A stretch of DNA of 64,000 bases. It comes from Balanoglossus misakiensis. Taxonomy: Eukaryota; Animalia; Hemichordata. Below are positions 61,228-64,000 of this stretch, in pieces. Every line of letters begins with the position of its first letter. Positions within the stretch are counted from its first letter, which is position 1. The translations under genes and the position numbers were made by a program. The notes beneath the pieces are model-generated. The model was not told the origin of the DNA, did not search any database, and worked only from the letters and a program-made list of their open reading frames with translations. The DNA lies in NCBI GenBank assembly GCA_040954595.2, contig CM082584.2, positions 5,026,110 through 5,090,109 on the forward strand. The letters run 5' to 3'.

Positions 61228-63258
61228 CCTCTTGGTGATTATGGGATACTTTGGCTGAGCGAATGTTACGAAGATTTCAAACCATGAAGGAGATTGAGGG
61301 CAAATGTTACATCAAACTAGTGGTCTATATTGCATTTGCACCCATTTTATGATATTACGGCTATCTTTCCTGAAATCACTCATTTACAGTTATAAACGAG
61401 AGAATCAACACCACCGATGTTTGGAGAAGTCTTTTCAAATTCTCTGCTAAAATACCAGGATTGCATAGCAGTGCATACATGTATCTATAAAAATATTATT
61501 CACGAGAAATTTTAAACAGAAAAGTGAGGGGTAAATTGCAATTTTATCAAAGTTCAACTTTGTGGTAGTAAACTTTTAAATGTTTTTTTCTTGTAGACAG
61601 TGATTCTTTGATCTATTTTGGTATAATCTAAAAGTAAAAATCCTGAGATAGTCAGGTGGATACAATTTTTTCTTCACAATAAAGATTACAAATTTTTCTG
61701 GTAAGTTTGATTTCATTTTATATGTTTATAGAGAAATATAATGAGACATTTCTAACAGAAAACTAACCGGTATTACAATGTTATTAAACTTTGCCGTCAT
61801 GAATGAACTTGCAAATGACTTTTCTCATAGACAGTGACATTTGTATCAAGTTACAATTTTTTCCAGCAACTTTGATGTCATTTATGTTTTTATAGAATGT
61901 AGAGACAAATTGAACTTTCAAATTTCAAGAAAATTACATATACATGTACCGGTATGTTTGAATATTGACTATGTGGGATATACATGTAATTTCAACGGAT
62001 GTGTACTTTATTACTTTATATTTGGTTTTAAATTGAAAGCTTGTTCTGTTTTAGTGATCATGTTATATTCAGATTATATTTTCCTGTATTTACAATTTTT
62101 TGTTGCCTACAACGGCTTTTAATATTTCAATAATTTTTTTAAAAGTAACTGTGCCTCAATGGAAGCAATTTTGTATGTTGTGGTGAAAAGACAGCCTCTT
62201 TTTTTCCAAAGCTGCCTGGTATAGAGAGTTTTTTTCACCAAAATCCTCCAGCCCCTACTGAACAACCCATATAGCTCTGAATGAATAAAAGAGTAAAAGT
62301 TATTAAGAAATTATTAAATACGTAAGTTTGTCAAATTCTATTTGGTATGCATTGCAATCTAACTTAGCTGCAAAGGTGTGAATTAAAGCATGCCAAACAC
62401 GGAAATGTCCTTGACCACAAGAAAAATTGTTTGACCCCGGGTGATATACGATATATAGGCAAACAAATGTGACAACTGTATCCATATCGAGGTATCAAGG
62501 GCCATAACGTAACGGAGTGAGCTGTGAAATAATTTCATCAGAATGCATCGTCTTCTAAGCCTGGTTTTATTCATTCCATTGACATTCACAGGTAAGTTAT
62601 GAGGTATAACTATAAATGTTTGTAAAGTTCTCATAGCTGCATGCATACTCTCTGAATCAAACAAAAAAATATAGACAGTGTGAAATTTATTATTCTGGTA
62701 GCTCCCATAAGTTAGTTTGAGCATGACATTTACTGCTAAAAAGACCATGTGTGCAATTTTCTGAGCTACACATTGAAAGCGTCAAAATAGTCCAAATAGT
62801 GGCAAAATGTAACTATTACCATGTCAATCATGCCAAAAACAATGTGTTTTACTGTTGCATTTTGAAGTTTATGGCAAGCAACTTCGTAGCTTGGATTTTT
62901 TTACCATTATACTTCCTGGTTGCTAGGCTTTGCAGATGCATTAAAGGACAACACCAAGCCATTATTGGTTTTCTGGCCAAGCACTTGTACATGTACCGTA
63001 CTAGCGTTCTTATCACTTGCAAACATATCACTTTTATTTGATTACAAACTGACTAAACACAGAACTCCAACAAGAGTAACTTTGTGAGCAGCCCAATGGG
63101 CTTGTGTCAAGTCACAAATTTACAATGATTCACATAGTTACTGCAAAGTTATAACTACCCTGTTTTTGAGACCTATCATGACCCCATAACATAGATCGAT
63201 TGAACTCACTATGTAAACTTGGAAAGCTTATTTCGCTTTTTATTATGGGGTTCATACA

Positions 63259-63589
63259 GGTACCATTAAGAAGTTTCTGAAACGTCTCAGGTCAAATGCT
63301 GGCATAAATTATTGTTTATGATTGGTTTAATACCAGGTTCACACAGGGTAAAATTTAAAACGTTTCTGAAACACTATTCGCCTATCATAAACACACAGTT
63401 TATGCATATGCGCTGAGGCTCGGCCCCATAGACAATGGGTTGCGGAGAGGTGTTAATCCTTACACCGGCTCTCAGGTCTGGCCGGCAAATTATACCGTCT
63501 CAAATCTGGACCATGCACTTAAACTGTTCACGCTTAATAATTTACGCCAACTGGTATCTGAGACATTTCAGAAACGTCTTAATGGTTCC
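63259..63589. mobile_element. MITE with ~50-bp imperfect TIRs, family unassigned
   Basis: ggtaccattaagaagtttctgaaacgtctcag...ggcataaatt / aatttacgcc...ctgagacatttcagaaacgtcttaatggttcc. Confidence 0.6.
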
Positions 63590-64000
63590 TCTTTTTATTT
63601 TATGAAGGCATATTCTCTTATTTTGTACTTCAGATCTTCCAATGTTTTTGTGTCAATTAATTCTTCATACATACATTGATCTTGCTTTGGATTGTCACTT
63701 TATGTTTAACAAGTCATCACAGATGACAAAGTCTGTCCCCTTTTGTCAATGGGTCAGTGGATAAAATATGATGTTAAAATAAATCTGTAGCAGCTGGGAC
63801 ATGGCAATCAGTTATGGATATGTTTAGCTGTGTTCTACGAGTTGGTGTATAAAAGTAGAGAGCAGGCAATGGGGTACAGTTGTATGTGGGCGCTCCGTAC
63901 CTCCCCCCCCCCCCCCAAAAAAAAAAAAAAAAAAAAAAAAAATTATAGGCATAATTTGTTGTTTTAGCCCGTGGAATCAAAGAGATAAAACCACACCCCA

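Noticed and set aside
47263-62149. Receptor B as an uncollapsed haplotype of A
   Set aside because: The TM and juxtamembrane exons, exon count and many introns differ too much for alleles, although polymorphic marine genomes warrant a read-depth check.

Overview
AT-rich, intron-rich metazoan genomic DNA. The gene and transposon content suggests a marine invertebrate deuterostome (echinoderm/hemichordate-like), which is inference only. Four genes were reconstructed by hand from GT-AG splice sites with consistent phases. (1) The 5' part of MSH2 (- strand, 8 exons visible, continuing off the left edge), with introns full of transposon debris. (2) A complete, compact DNMT3 (- strand, 17 coding exons, ~616 aa, PWWP-ADD-MTase). 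It keeps all catalytic motifs but has substitutions at the residues that form both DNMT3A oligomer interfaces and in the CpG-reading loops. (3,4) Two tandem paralogous single-pass receptors (+ strand, ~1364 and ~1166 aa). Each joins a Tie1/Tie2-type ectodomain (Ig-Ig-EGF-Ig-FN3) to juxtamembrane ITIM/ITAM-like tyrosine motifs and a lone D2-type, probably inactive, PTP domain. Most notable: this Tie-pseudophosphatase receptor pair, the interface-divergent DNMT3, two inverted copies of a DNMT3 exon/intron junction inside MSH2 intron 3, a Helentron-like element carrying arrayed nuclear-receptor sites, and a Harbinger MITE at the receptor duplication junction. Human residue numbers come from my recollection of the human sequences and manual alignment; no database searches were run.
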